DNA from: Candidatus Woesebacteria bacterium GW2011_GWF1_31_35
Lineage (GTDB): Bacteria; Patescibacteriota; Microgenomatia; UBA8517
Direction of reading: 5' to 3'
Assembly (NCBI GenBank): GCA_001029755.1
Contig: CP011214.1
Span: 493,767 to 557,766, forward strand
DNA length: 64,000 nucleotides
Shown here piece by piece: positions 28,981 through 37,556 of the stretch. How positions within the stretch are numbered: position 1 is the first letter of the stretch; the number at the start of each line of letters is the position of its first letter. Made by a program: the position numbers and the translations under genes. Under the pieces are notes generated by a model. It was not told where the DNA came from and ran no database searches. It saw only the letters and a list, made by a program, of their open reading frames with translations.

Positions 28981-29043
28981 ATATGATATTTAAACGATTT
29001 AACCTATTGATTTCAAGTCCTAAAATATGCAATTATTAAAGAT

Positions 29044-29649
29044 ATGCCAGAAGAAGAGGTAAAGATTGTGGGTCTTTCTAAAGAAAAAGTTGGAGGGAAA
29101 GTTAATTTTAAGATTATTTTTGCAATAATTGGAATTGTTGTTTTAGCTTTAGGGATAGTTGCTGGAATTATTTTAGTTCGTGAGCAACAAAATATATCAG
29201 AAGATGCTCAGACATGTAATGAAGAATGTCCAAGTGCAGATGGAGTACTTCGAAACTGTCATCCACCAAATTCAAATGGTTCTGCTCAAGAAAGTGTCTG
29301 TAGTAGTAGTGGGCTGGTCGCTTTTTGCGGATCTAGAAATTATTGCTGTCCTTCAGCTGGAGCTCCGTGGACTACAAATTTAACTTTGTGTGCAACAGAG
29401 GCGCCAACACCTACAGAAACTGCGACAGCCACCACAACATCAACAGGATCAGGTTCTCCAACATCAACTACTAGTACAGGATCAGGAAGTGCATCAGTAA
29501 CACCAACTGGTTTTTCAAGAGCAACACCAACTGCTATAGCTTCTGAAACATCAGCTCCAATACCGGTTACCGGAGCATCTTGGCCAACAATATTGGGTGC
29601 AGGAGTTGGTATTATTGTAGTATTAACTTCACTTCTTTTGGCTTTATAA
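29044..29649 (+). CDS. Surface protein: TM, Cys-rich module, Ser/Thr stalk, IPVTG + C-terminal TM
   Basis: Architecture read directly from the translation. Confidence 0.75.
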   Translation: MPEEEVKIVGLSKEKVGGKVNFKIIFAIIGIVVLALGIVAGIILVREQQNISEDAQTCNEECPSADGVLRNCHPPNSNGSAQESVCSSSGLVAFCGSRNYCCPSAGAPWTTNLTLCATEAPTPTETATATTTSTGSGSPTSTTSTGSGSASVTPTGFSRATPTAIASETSAPIPVTGASWPTILGAGVGIIVVLTSLLLAL

Positions 29650-29680
29650 TAATTAATTGTTTTTTTAATAAATTAAACAA

Positions 29681-30037
29681 ATGGAAAAAGGAATAATAAT
29701 TACGATTGCAACTTTGGTATTAGTGTCAGTTGGTTTTATCATATTTAAACCAAAATTAAATCAAAAAGTTCTAGGTAACAAAACTGAGATAACTTATACT
29801 TTAAATGATGTTTCTACTCATTCAACAACAAATGATTGTTGGACTGTGATTGATAATGGAGTATATGATGTAACAAAATTTATTTCTCAACATCCTGGTG
29901 GAGATAAAATTCTTATGTCTTGTGGAATAAATGCAACAGATTTATTTAATGGAATTTCACCTTTAGGTAGAGTGCATTCAGAAGTTGCCAAAAGGCTTCT
30001 AACTGGTATGAAAATTGGAAATTTTAAGTCTAATTAG
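29681..30037 (+). CDS. Cytochrome b5-like heme-binding protein
   Basis: HSTTNDCWTVID..VYDVTKFISQHPGG; N-terminal TM. Confidence 0.92.
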   Translation: MEKGIIITIATLVLVSVGFIIFKPKLNQKVLGNKTEITYTLNDVSTHSTTNDCWTVIDNGVYDVTKFISQHPGGDKILMSCGINATDLFNGISPLGRVHSEVAKRLLTGMKIGNFKSN

Positions 30038-30067
30038 AAAGTATCTTCATGTGTTACAATTTAAAAT

Positions 30068-30697
30068 ATGCTAGAAGAAGGTTTAATTTTATCTGTTAAA
30101 AATTTAAATGTTGATTTTAATGGTCATAAAATACTTGATAATTTAAGTCTTGATCTAAAGAGAGATTCAACCTTAGCAATAATAGGACCAAATGGAGCAG
30201 GTAAAACTGTATTTATTAAAACTCTTTTAGGATTAATAAATTATTCAGGAAATATAACTTGGCAGAAAGATGTAAGAATTGGCTATGTCCCACAAAAACT
30301 TTCAGTTTCAAGAGAACTTCCTTTAACAGTATTGGAGTTTTTAATTTTAAAAGAAAAAGATACTAAAAAAATAAATGATATTTTACTTAAAGTTGGATTT
30401 AAACAAAAAGCAGAACATATTCATCATGATATCAGAGTACTAAATACTAAACTTGGTAGTTTATCTGGTGGAGAAGTACAAAGAATTTTAATGGCATATG
30501 CATTACTTGGAAATCCAAATGTATTACTACTAGATGAACCAACTGCGGGAGTTGATATTAAAGGAGAGGAAACTTTCTATGAACTTTTTAAAAATTTAAA
30601 AAAAGATAGTGATTTAACTATTATTTTTATATCACATGACGAAGAAATTGTTACAAAATATGCTGATAATATTATTAAACTAATACATGAACACTAA
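30068..30697 (+). CDS. Zn/Mn ABC transporter ATPase (ZnuC-like)
   Basis: GPNGAGKT, IGYVPQ, LSGGE, LLLDEPT, ISHD. Confidence 0.9.
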   Translation: MLEEGLILSVKNLNVDFNGHKILDNLSLDLKRDSTLAIIGPNGAGKTVFIKTLLGLINYSGNITWQKDVRIGYVPQKLSVSRELPLTVLEFLILKEKDTKKINDILLKVGFKQKAEHIHHDIRVLNTKLGSLSGGEVQRILMAYALLGNPNVLLLDEPTAGVDIKGEETFYELFKNLKKDSDLTIIFISHDEEIVTKYADNIIKLIHEH

Positions 30698-31454
30698 TCT
30701 AATATTCTTAATTATTTTAGGAGGATTAATAGGAGCATCATCAGGATATCTTGGGTCTTTTATGGTTTTAAAAAGAATGTCTTTAGTGGGGGATGCACTT
30801 TCCCATGTTGCTCTTCCTGGTATTGCTATTGCATTGATTTTAGGTATAAATCCAATGTTAGGAGCAATCTTGGCTTTAACTTTAGCAATAGTTGGAATAT
30901 GGTACTTAGGTGAAAAATCTCAAATATATCCTGAAGCTTTGGTTGGAATATTTTTTACGGGAAGCTTGGCAATTGGTATTTTATTAACTCCAGAACCTGA
31001 AATGTTTGAGGCTTTATTTGGAAATATTGATAAGATAACAAATCTTGATGGATTAATAATTATATTAGGAACGGTTATAATTTTTGTTTTAACAAAGTTA
31101 ATTTCAAAAAAATTAATGTTGGGAATTGTTTCAGAAGATTTGGCTAAATCACAAAAAATAAATATTTCTAAAGTAAATTTAACTTATTTATTATTAGTAG
31201 GATTAGTTGTTACTTTGGGAGTTAAGTTTTTAGGGACTTTATTAACTGGAGCATTAGTTATTATTCCTGCAGTTACAGCCAGAAATATTTCAAAAAGTAT
31301 TAAAAGTTTTCATATTTTATCAGTTGTTTTTGGAATAATAGCAGCTACATTTGGAATTTTAATTGCAAAAATATTAGGAATTCCATCTGGCCCAATTGTA
31401 GTTTTGGTTGGAATTTTTCTTTTTTTATTTAGTTTTCTTTTACGTAGCAAATAA
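30687..31454 (+). CDS. Zn/Mn ABC transporter permease (ZnuB-like)
   Basis: MSLVGDALSHVALPG, LFGNI, IPSGP. Confidence 0.9.
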   Translation: MNTNLIFLIILGGLIGASSGYLGSFMVLKRMSLVGDALSHVALPGIAIALILGINPMLGAILALTLAIVGIWYLGEKSQIYPEALVGIFFTGSLAIGILLTPEPEMFEALFGNIDKITNLDGLIIILGTVIIFVLTKLISKKLMLGIVSEDLAKSQKINISKVNLTYLLLVGLVVTLGVKFLGTLLTGALVIIPAVTARNISKSIKSFHILSVVFGIIAATFGILIAKILGIPSGPIVVLVGIFLFLFSFLLRSK

Positions 31455-31467
31455 TTTTCTTCAAGTG

Positions 31468-31498
31468 TAAAATACACATATGTCATTATCTGTAGGGA
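31468..31498 (+). other. attL1: displaced native ychF promoter and 5' end (MSLSVG)
   Basis: TAAAAT(31468)-6 nt-ATG TCA TTA TCT GTA GGG A; GTAGGGA (31492-98) is identical to 41930-36 inside ychF. Confidence 0.85.
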
Positions 31499-31658
31499 CG
31501 CGTATTTTACCGCCCCACAATTTGATTTTTACTTCAAAGTAACGCTACCCAAGGCTAGAAAGGAAAGAGAAATAGTTGAGCGAGACTGTTTAGGTGGGAT
31601 TTTAGCTTCAAGAGTGCCAGAAGATAAATACCACACACCTGAACTCACTATATATTAA
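31494..31658 (+). other. Start-less ORF, putative recombinase C-terminal tail 1
   Basis: RDAYFTAPQFDFYFKVTLPKARKEREIVERDCLGGILASRVPEDKYHTPELTIY*; no ATG/GTG/TTG between the upstream in-frame stop (31452) and the core; same register at the core as the recombinase. Confidence 0.8.
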
Positions 31659-31668
31659 GAAAATCTTT

Positions 31669-32796
31669 TCAGATAAAGACATCGTTAGTCTGAGGTGTAC
31701 GTATCATGTAAGGTAGAAGATTAATTCCTTGTTCGTGGCCATTAGCTAAAAGATGAAGCAACAAATTTGATTCATGTCGAATGCAATAAAATGGGCAAGT
31801 TTTTTTTGGGTTAATAGATTTAGCTTTTTCTACACGAGCAGTAGAATTCCAATAGTCTTTAAAATTTATTTCTATTGAACCGATTTTTTCGTTTTCATGT
31901 CCGCGTTTGTATGGGCAGGGGTAAATTCCTTTAGGAGTTACAACAGTTCTTAATTCAACACTTGGACAAGTTTGGTAATCTTTTGGTTGATTTGGAAACT
32001 TGTTTGTTAACAAGTAATCAGTGGATTTTGGCGAAATAACTTGAAATTCATTAGTATTTAATGCCTCCAACAATGGAGTTTGTCTTACTATCTCAGATTT
32101 AGTATTTATGGATAAGGGTATGAGGTTGTGGTGTGCATCTACTGCTGGTTTATATTCAAAATAATCACAACCAAGATCTCTGGCCAATTTAGCAGCAACA
32201 AAAAGTTCTTGCACATTTGTTTTAGGTCGAGCATTGGGTAAATTTCTTTCAATTAATAAAAAGCTATATCCAAGAATACCTTTTTTTACTTTTGCGAGAG
32301 TCTCAATGTTTGCAGTTGTTTTTGAGAATGAATTGAGAATGTGTGATGGCCGAAATTTAGAATATGTTTCCTGTGTCCCCGCATCCATTGAGACACGTGT
32401 CCACTGTACACATTCAGCTATTTCGTTGGTATATCTATTCATAAGTGAACCGTTTGTTGTAAGACCGACAGAAATTCCTAACTCATACGCTTTGATAATT
32501 GGTTCTGGCATCGATTTATGAGTAAGTGGTTCACCTCCACCAATGAATATAATTCCTTTAACATCTGTATCGTGAAATTCGTCTATCAATCCAGTCAATC
32601 TTTCGTCTTCAATACCACCTTTATTAAGAAGATTGGCGTTTATACATTCAGGACATGAGAAATTGCATGCCGTAGTCGGATCTAGTTCTACAACTAATGG
32701 ACCTGATGTTTGTCGTTTTTCAATATATTCTTCAACTCTAGGTAAGAGGTTCGGTTGTAGCATTTTATGTGTAAAATTTAATACTTCAATTGACAT
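31669..32796 (-). CDS. Radical SAM protein with C-terminal Cys cluster (SPASM/twitch-like)
   Basis: CNFSCPEC, FIGGGEP, LTTNGS, RVSMDA, C...CP...CPFYC. Confidence 0.9.
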   Translation of the reverse strand: MSIEVLNFTHKMLQPNLLPRVEEYIEKRQTSGPLVVELDPTTACNFSCPECINANLLNKGGIEDERLTGLIDEFHDTDVKGIIFIGGGEPLTHKSMPEPIIKAYELGISVGLTTNGSLMNRYTNEIAECVQWTRVSMDAGTQETYSKFRPSHILNSFSKTTANIETLAKVKKGILGYSFLLIERNLPNARPKTNVQELFVAAKLARDLGCDYFEYKPAVDAHHNLIPLSINTKSEIVRQTPLLEALNTNEFQVISPKSTDYLLTNKFPNQPKDYQTCPSVELRTVVTPKGIYPCPYKRGHENEKIGSIEINFKDYWNSTARVEKAKSINPKKTCPFYCIRHESNLLLHLLANGHEQGINLLPYMIRTPQTNDVFI

Positions 32797-33796
32797 GGCT
32801 ATTTAATTTATTCACTATAACACCATCGTTCGATGGTTTTGTTACATAAACCTTAACAGGTAATTCTTTTAGGGAATTAGTGACTTGTTTTGTATTACAA
32901 TTTGGAACTAGCGCAAAAGTACACCCTCCCATGCCTGTACCAGTTAATTTTGCACCAATGGCACCATATTTTAGCGATCTTGAAATACACTCTTCAATGA
33001 GATTTGTTGAAACTCCCATATAATCACGCATTAGAGTGTGACAGTGTGAAATTGAAGATCCAAGCTTATTTGCATCAATTACTTTTCCATCTAGAATATT
33101 TTTCATTTCGTTTATAGCATCATTTGTTGTATTGACATATTTCATTATTAGAGTTTCCTTGTTTGCATATCTTATGCGTTTTTTTCTTATAACATCTGCT
33201 GTATTTCTTGGTGTGAGAGTATCGACAATCACTATATCAAATCCGTCAGGGAGAACAAATTTTTCAATATTTTTTGGGGGTATAGTTGAACTATCTAAAT
33301 ATATCAAACCACCAATTCCGCATGAATACATATCCATTTGACCTGCCCCTGTTCTTAACTCCTCGGACTCGATTTTATAAGCTAGATCGCAAATGGTTGT
33401 TGTGTCCAAAATTGATCCATAAAAGTTTGCAATCGCAGCAACACTAGCAACTGAAACTGCAGCACTGCTACTTAGTCCAGCTTTTGCAGGAAGATTGCTT
33501 GTAATCTCTATAGTAATTGGATATGTTTTAATACCTAAATCACTAATTACTTTTATTGCAGCATTTGTATAATCCAACACATGGTGTGAATAATTACCGA
33601 TTTGATCTTTTAATAAATCTATCTCAGAGTTTAATGAGCCTTTAGTTTTTAATTTGAATACATCATTATTGTTTGATACTGAAGCTTTAGTTTTTAAATC
33701 AATGGCACACAAAATCGAAGGACCTGTTATCCAGTCAATATCTTCTCCTGCCAAACAAATTCTTCCTGGCGTCGTGGCTTCAATTTCCTGAAACAT
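32786..33796 (-). CDS. GHMP-family kinase (galactokinase/mevalonate kinase-like)
   Basis: PGRICLAGE, LPAKAGLSSSAA, GQMD, GAKLTGTGMGG; likely ATG 33796. Confidence 0.9.
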   Translation of the reverse strand: MFQEIEATTPGRICLAGEDIDWITGPSILCAIDLKTKASVSNNNDVFKLKTKGSLNSEIDLLKDQIGNYSHHVLDYTNAAIKVISDLGIKTYPITIEITSNLPAKAGLSSSAAVSVASVAAIANFYGSILDTTTICDLAYKIESEELRTGAGQMDMYSCGIGGLIYLDSSTIPPKNIEKFVLPDGFDIVIVDTLTPRNTADVIRKKRIRYANKETLIMKYVNTTNDAINEMKNILDGKVIDANKLGSSISHCHTLMRDYMGVSTNLIEECISRSLKYGAIGAKLTGTGMGGCTFALVPNCNTKQVTNSLKELPVKVYVTKPSNDGVIVNKLNSHVN

Positions 33797-33797
33797 T

Positions 33798-34178
33798 TTA
33801 TATAGATTTGGCAGGAATTTTGTCGTCCTTAAAAATTTGTGAATTGTTGTTTCCAGTGAGAACAAGTTTTATAACAACAAAAATCGCGGTTTTATCGTTG
33901 GTGTTTGCAAAAGTGTGTATGCTATTTTCTACACGAATTAAGTCTCCCTTTTGCACAGTTTCCTTTTTTTCTGTTTCTTTTTCTAACCATCTTATTTCCA
34001 GAGACCCATCAATTATAAATATCAACTCTTCTACGACATTGTGCGAGTGCCATTCTTGGGTTGTTCCCGCAGGAATTTCATTATAGTGAAGTTCGTATTC
34101 TGGTTGAAGGTAATAGTCTACCTGGGTGCCATCAGGTTTTTTCCTATGAATAGCATTTAGTCGATTTATAATTTCCAT
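33798..34178 (-). CDS. Cupin domain protein
   Basis: WHSH..EELIFIIDG, GDLIRV...HTFAN. Confidence 0.88.
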   Translation of the reverse strand: MEIINRLNAIHRKKPDGTQVDYYLQPEYELHYNEIPAGTTQEWHSHNVVEELIFIIDGSLEIRWLEKETEKKETVQKGDLIRVENSIHTFANTNDKTAIFVVIKLVLTGNNNSQIFKDDKIPAKSI

Positions 34179-34248
34179 TATTAAAAGCTGAGCCTAAGTT
34201 TACTACTTTTTGTTTGTAAAATCAAACCCCTATAGGGTGTGTTTAATC

Positions 34249-34285
34249 TGTTATAATTACGTTATGTCATCGCTTTCTTGTGGGA
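34249..34285 (+). other. attL2-like site: second ychF promoter + 5' end (MSSLSCG)
   Basis: TGTTATAAT(34249-57)-6 nt-ATG TCA TCG CTT TCT TGT GGG A. Confidence 0.75.
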
Positions 34286-34445
34286 CACTCATTTCACCGT
34301 CCCAACTTTTGATTTTCACTTCAAGTTTAAGATTCCGGAGCCAAATAAAGACAGGTTGATTTTAGAAAGAGATAATTTGGGAAGAATAATTCATTCAGAG
34401 CTTCTTTTTAACCAAATTAAAGAAGATGTAATTGATAGTTTATAA
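34281..34445 (+). other. Putative recombinase C-terminal tail 2
   Basis: WDTHFTVPTFDFHFKFKIPEPNKDRLILERDNLGRIIHSELLFNQIKEDVIDSL*; ungapped homolog of tails 1 and 3. Confidence 0.78.
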
Positions 34446-34450
34446 AAATT

Positions 34451-35083
34451 TTGTATAATCATTATATGATTAACGAGGAAGAACAAGGGACGAACTCTCA
34501 GCAATCAGAAAAACCATCTGCTTCAGAAATATTTAGTGGAAAGGATGTTGTAATTGGAAGAGAATTAGTAGAACTTCTTATTGCAGACGAGGTAGGAGTT
34601 CCTGTTTATTATCACAATTATCAGAATTTAGATAAAAAGATTAATGTAATGGTAGATAGAGAGGTGGGAAATGAAGACTATTCTGTAAGACAGAAAGAGG
34701 AAAATCATGACCAGCTTTTAGGAATAATTATTCCTACAGCTGATGCCAAAGACCAGTTTATATATATAGGTATCATGGAAGACGATTTTGTTTTTCAAGC
34801 AGGTAGCGATCTTCAAGCTGAATTTAACCCAGAGTCGAATGTTAGATATACATTTGGTTGGCAAAGATTTGGCGACAGAATTGCTCAGCATGAGAATGAT
34901 TCTACAACCCCAGAACGCTATAAATTAGAGATTCTGTTCAAAGCTCATGAAGACTCCCAAAGATTTGATACGAAAGTTTTGGAGGCAGTAGAAAAAAGAA
35001 GACAAATTCATGAAGCGATACGAAAATCGAGAACTGAAATAAGGCAAAATCTCAAAGACAAACTTTTTGGTGGATCTAGTTAA
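34451..35083 (+). CDS. Hypothetical acidic protein (cassette 2 cargo)
   Basis: 210-codon ORF, probable ATG near 34466; no recognised motif. Confidence 0.7.
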   Translation: MYNHYMINEEEQGTNSQQSEKPSASEIFSGKDVVIGRELVELLIADEVGVPVYYHNYQNLDKKINVMVDREVGNEDYSVRQKEENHDQLLGIIIPTADAKDQFIYIGIMEDDFVFQAGSDLQAEFNPESNVRYTFGWQRFGDRIAQHENDSTTPERYKLEILFKAHEDSQRFDTKVLEAVEKRRQIHEAIRKSRTEIRQNLKDKLFGGSS

Positions 35084-35092
35084 CAATCTTCG

Positions 35093-35131
35093 TGTTAAAA
35101 TACTCTCATGTCAGCCTTAAAAGTCGGGATA
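35093..35131 (+). other. attL3-like site: third ychF promoter + 5' end (MSALKVGI)
   Basis: TGTTAAAAT(35093-101)-6 nt-ATG TCA GCC TTA AAA GTC GGG ATA; GGGATA shared with 41933-38. Confidence 0.78.
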
Positions 35132-35280
35132 TACAGTTCACTATTCCAAAAATAGAATTTGCTTCATCTTTTATACTTCCGTTGCCTCGTAAAGCTAGGT
35201 TTATAACACAAAGAGATTGCTTGGGTAGAATTTTAAACTCAAAAATACCTCCAACTATATATAATTATCGGTCAACATAA
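35125..35280 (+). other. Putative recombinase C-terminal tail 3
   Basis: RDIQFTIPKIEFASSFILPLPRKARFITQRDCLGRILNSKIPPTIYNYRST*; part of track ORF 35092..35280, whose GTG lies at the promoter. Confidence 0.78.
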
Positions 35281-35303
35281 TAAGAATTTAAGGTGTAAAA
35301 TGT

Positions 35304-35852
35304 TTGTGTATGGAGGCACCATTTGGAATAATTTTTCTTAAAAAGGCAGAATTGTTTAATTTAGTTTCAAGGTTTGATAAACAATATGGTGGTTCGCCTA
35401 GCAATAATCCTTGGTTGATTGAAAAACAAATCTTAAGATGGACATATGGACACCATAAACATCTGGGTAGTCCAATAAAGACAGAGCATTTATCGTTAGG
35501 TTCTCAGAATAACAAACTTCATGATTTTAAAATGATTGATTCAAAAGGTGGACTGAGGTCGCAATTTAAATATTTAGAAAAAAACAGTTTAACTAAGCCT
35601 CTGGAAAACTTGGTTGTAAGGGGGTTTGCCAATTATTTTAACGAGTCAGAAGGACATAATGCTATTGTCATAAACAAAGATGGTTTACTTGTAGGAGAAG
35701 TAATTGCTGACATGGAAAAGGACAATATTTTTATTAAAGCAAATTATCTCTTTTATAGTCATATGATGGATCATCTTGGTGCCACTGTAATGATGATTGT
35801 TACAACAATAGGTCTGATAAAGTTATTTATCAGTTTTTTTTATGTCAAATAA
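35304..35852 (+). CDS. Hypothetical protein with C-terminal hydrophobic helix
   Basis: ORF overlapping the next gene; C-terminal TM-like segment. Confidence 0.65.
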   Translation: MCMEAPFGIIFLKKAELFNLVSRFDKQYGGSPSNNPWLIEKQILRWTYGHHKHLGSPIKTEHLSLGSQNNKLHDFKMIDSKGGLRSQFKYLEKNSLTKPLENLVVRGFANYFNESEGHNAIVINKDGLLVGEVIADMEKDNIFIKANYLFYSHMMDHLGATVMMIVTTIGLIKLFISFFYVK

Positions 35853-36534
35853 AATTCAACCCATAACAGACTATTTTTTATCATTATCAGCTAATCCTAT
35901 TGTTAAGGCTCTTTCACAAATCAGCGTATTTACGGCACCAGTTAATTCACTTTTTTCTGGTGAATATAGTCGTCTTAAAGAAGAAGAACTCTTAACTGTT
36001 GTTCATTCGTTACATTCAAAAATTCAAACAATTGAGCAGAGGTTTATTGATAAGGACTTCTTTTCTTCATATGACGGAAAAAGAGCTTTTGGTATGGCAT
36101 TTTCATCTTTATTAAAGGATTCTAGAAAGCAAAAATTAGAAGCTATGTCCAATCTGTTGGTAAATCTGAGTTTAAAATCAAATGTGTCTTATGATGAACG
36201 ACTTTTATTTTTGGATATATTAGATAGTCTTAACCCGTTTCAACTTACTGTTTTAGGAAGAATATATGAATTTAATAAAGAAAATAGACCAAATTTAAGA
36301 AAAATAGAACCTTCTGGTATTGCAGATTATTTTGCAGATAAGGGAATTGATAGACAATTAACACTCCAAGCAATATCTATCCTTGCAAACAATTATATTT
36401 TAAATAGAGATTCTAGCCCTGTATTAGGAGGGGGAGGGTTAACCCATCATTTTACGGATTTTGGTGAAAAATTTTATATATTTATCTCAACAGTATTGGA
36501 TAAAAATAGTGAGTATCTAAAGATAACTAGTTAG
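35842..36534 (+). CDS. Hypothetical protein, resembles DUF4393/Abi-alpha-like proteins
   Basis: FLDILDSLNPFQLTVL and C-terminal FTDFGEKF patterns (recognised by eye only). Confidence 0.5.
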   Translation: MSNKIQPITDYFLSLSANPIVKALSQISVFTAPVNSLFSGEYSRLKEEELLTVVHSLHSKIQTIEQRFIDKDFFSSYDGKRAFGMAFSSLLKDSRKQKLEAMSNLLVNLSLKSNVSYDERLLFLDILDSLNPFQLTVLGRIYEFNKENRPNLRKIEPSGIADYFADKGIDRQLTLQAISILANNYILNRDSSPVLGGGGLTHHFTDFGEKFYIFISTVLDKNSEYLKITS

Positions 36535-36748
36535 GTTTGATATCCAACAATTTTGACAATGTTGTATCCAATGCTCTGGCTATATTGTATGCTGTTCTAA
36601 TAGATATATTCCTTCCCTTTTCAATATCCCAGAAATATGCTCTATGTAAGTTTGATTTTTCAGCTAGTTGTTCTTGGGTCATTCCCTTTTCCTTGCGTAG
36701 CCATTCAATTCTTTCACCTAACTTTCTGTAAATAGGTTTGTAATTCAT
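36527..36748 (-). CDS. XRE-family HTH regulator
   Basis: LGERI..LRKEKGMTQEQLAE...IEKG.N.S...IARAL. Confidence 0.93.
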   Translation of the reverse strand: MNYKPIYRKLGERIEWLRKEKGMTQEQLAEKSNLHRAYFWDIEKGRNISIRTAYNIARALDTTLSKLLDIKPN

Positions 36749-36863
36749 ACCCTAAGGGTAGTAGATTCCAAAATAAATCTTTACCAGATATATCTTGCTT
36801 TTATAGTCGTTGGAGGCGTATTATCAAGATAACATGTTCTGTTATCAGAATACTTAGATAGAT

Positions 36864-37556
36864 ATGGAAGAAATACGATTTTCAAAAAATAATGCAAAAA
36901 AATTTAGAAATATTTGGCTTGTAAGTTTATTGCTCTTTGTAGTTTCTATAATAGGTATGCTTTCAAATATTGCCACCGATAATACTGGCACATATTTTGG
37001 TCTGTTTACGCTCATTTTATCCCTTTCTGTTATCGTTGGTTCTTTGTCATTTGTTATATGGATATACAAAATAGGAAATAAAATAATTAAGAATATTATT
37101 AAGATTCTTGGAATGCTAACGGGAAGTATATTTTTTCTTATGATTTTATGGATGATCCTTTTTCGCTATGCGATTGTTGATGGAAGTTCAATGGAGCCAT
37201 CATATAAACACAATGAAATATATCTTGTTAGTAAGTTCGCCCTCAAATCTAGTGATCCTAAACGAGGAGATGTAGTTGATTATTACTTTATTAATAAAAA
37301 TAATGAGAGGATGGGTAGAATAGTGGGTTTACCACACGAAACCATTCTTGTAGCCTCTGACGAGCTTACAGTTGACGGTAATAAGCTTGATGAACCTTAT
37401 GTTGATTGGAGTGAATGGACCAAGGGAAGAGAAGAAAACATCACCCTTAAAGACGGCGAGTTTCTAGTGCTTTTTGATAAAAGGGGTGGGGACATGCAAG
37501 TTATTAAAAAAGAAAACATAATAGGTAAATTTATATTCAAGCTATACGCTAAATGA
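36864..37556 (+). CDS. Signal peptidase I (S26)-like protein with three N-terminal TMs, degenerate active site
   Basis: VDGSSMEPS, PKRGDVV, RIVGLPHET, LDEPYV, IIGK. Confidence 0.8.
   Translation: MEEIRFSKNNAKKFRNIWLVSLLLFVVSIIGMLSNIATDNTGTYFGLFTLILSLSVIVGSLSFVIWIYKIGNKIIKNIIKILGMLTGSIFFLMILWMILFRYAIVDGSSMEPSYKHNEIYLVSKFALKSSDPKRGDVVDYYFINKNNERMGRIVGLPHETILVASDELTVDGNKLDEPYVDWSEWTKGREENITLKDGEFLVLFDKRGGDMQVIKKENIIGKFIFKLYAK

Noticed and set aside
31480-31542. Leaderless peptide MSLSVGTRILPPHNLIFTSK as a RiPP precursor for the radical SAM
   Set aside because: It is the displaced ychF start running into element DNA; equivalents at 34264 and 35108 differ in length and sequence, while the -1 frame is the conserved one.
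35092-35280. Stand-alone 62-aa gene as given in the ORF track
   Set aside because: Its GTG lies at the promoter, and homology to the other two copies starts only at the GGGA core; better explained as a recombinase tail.
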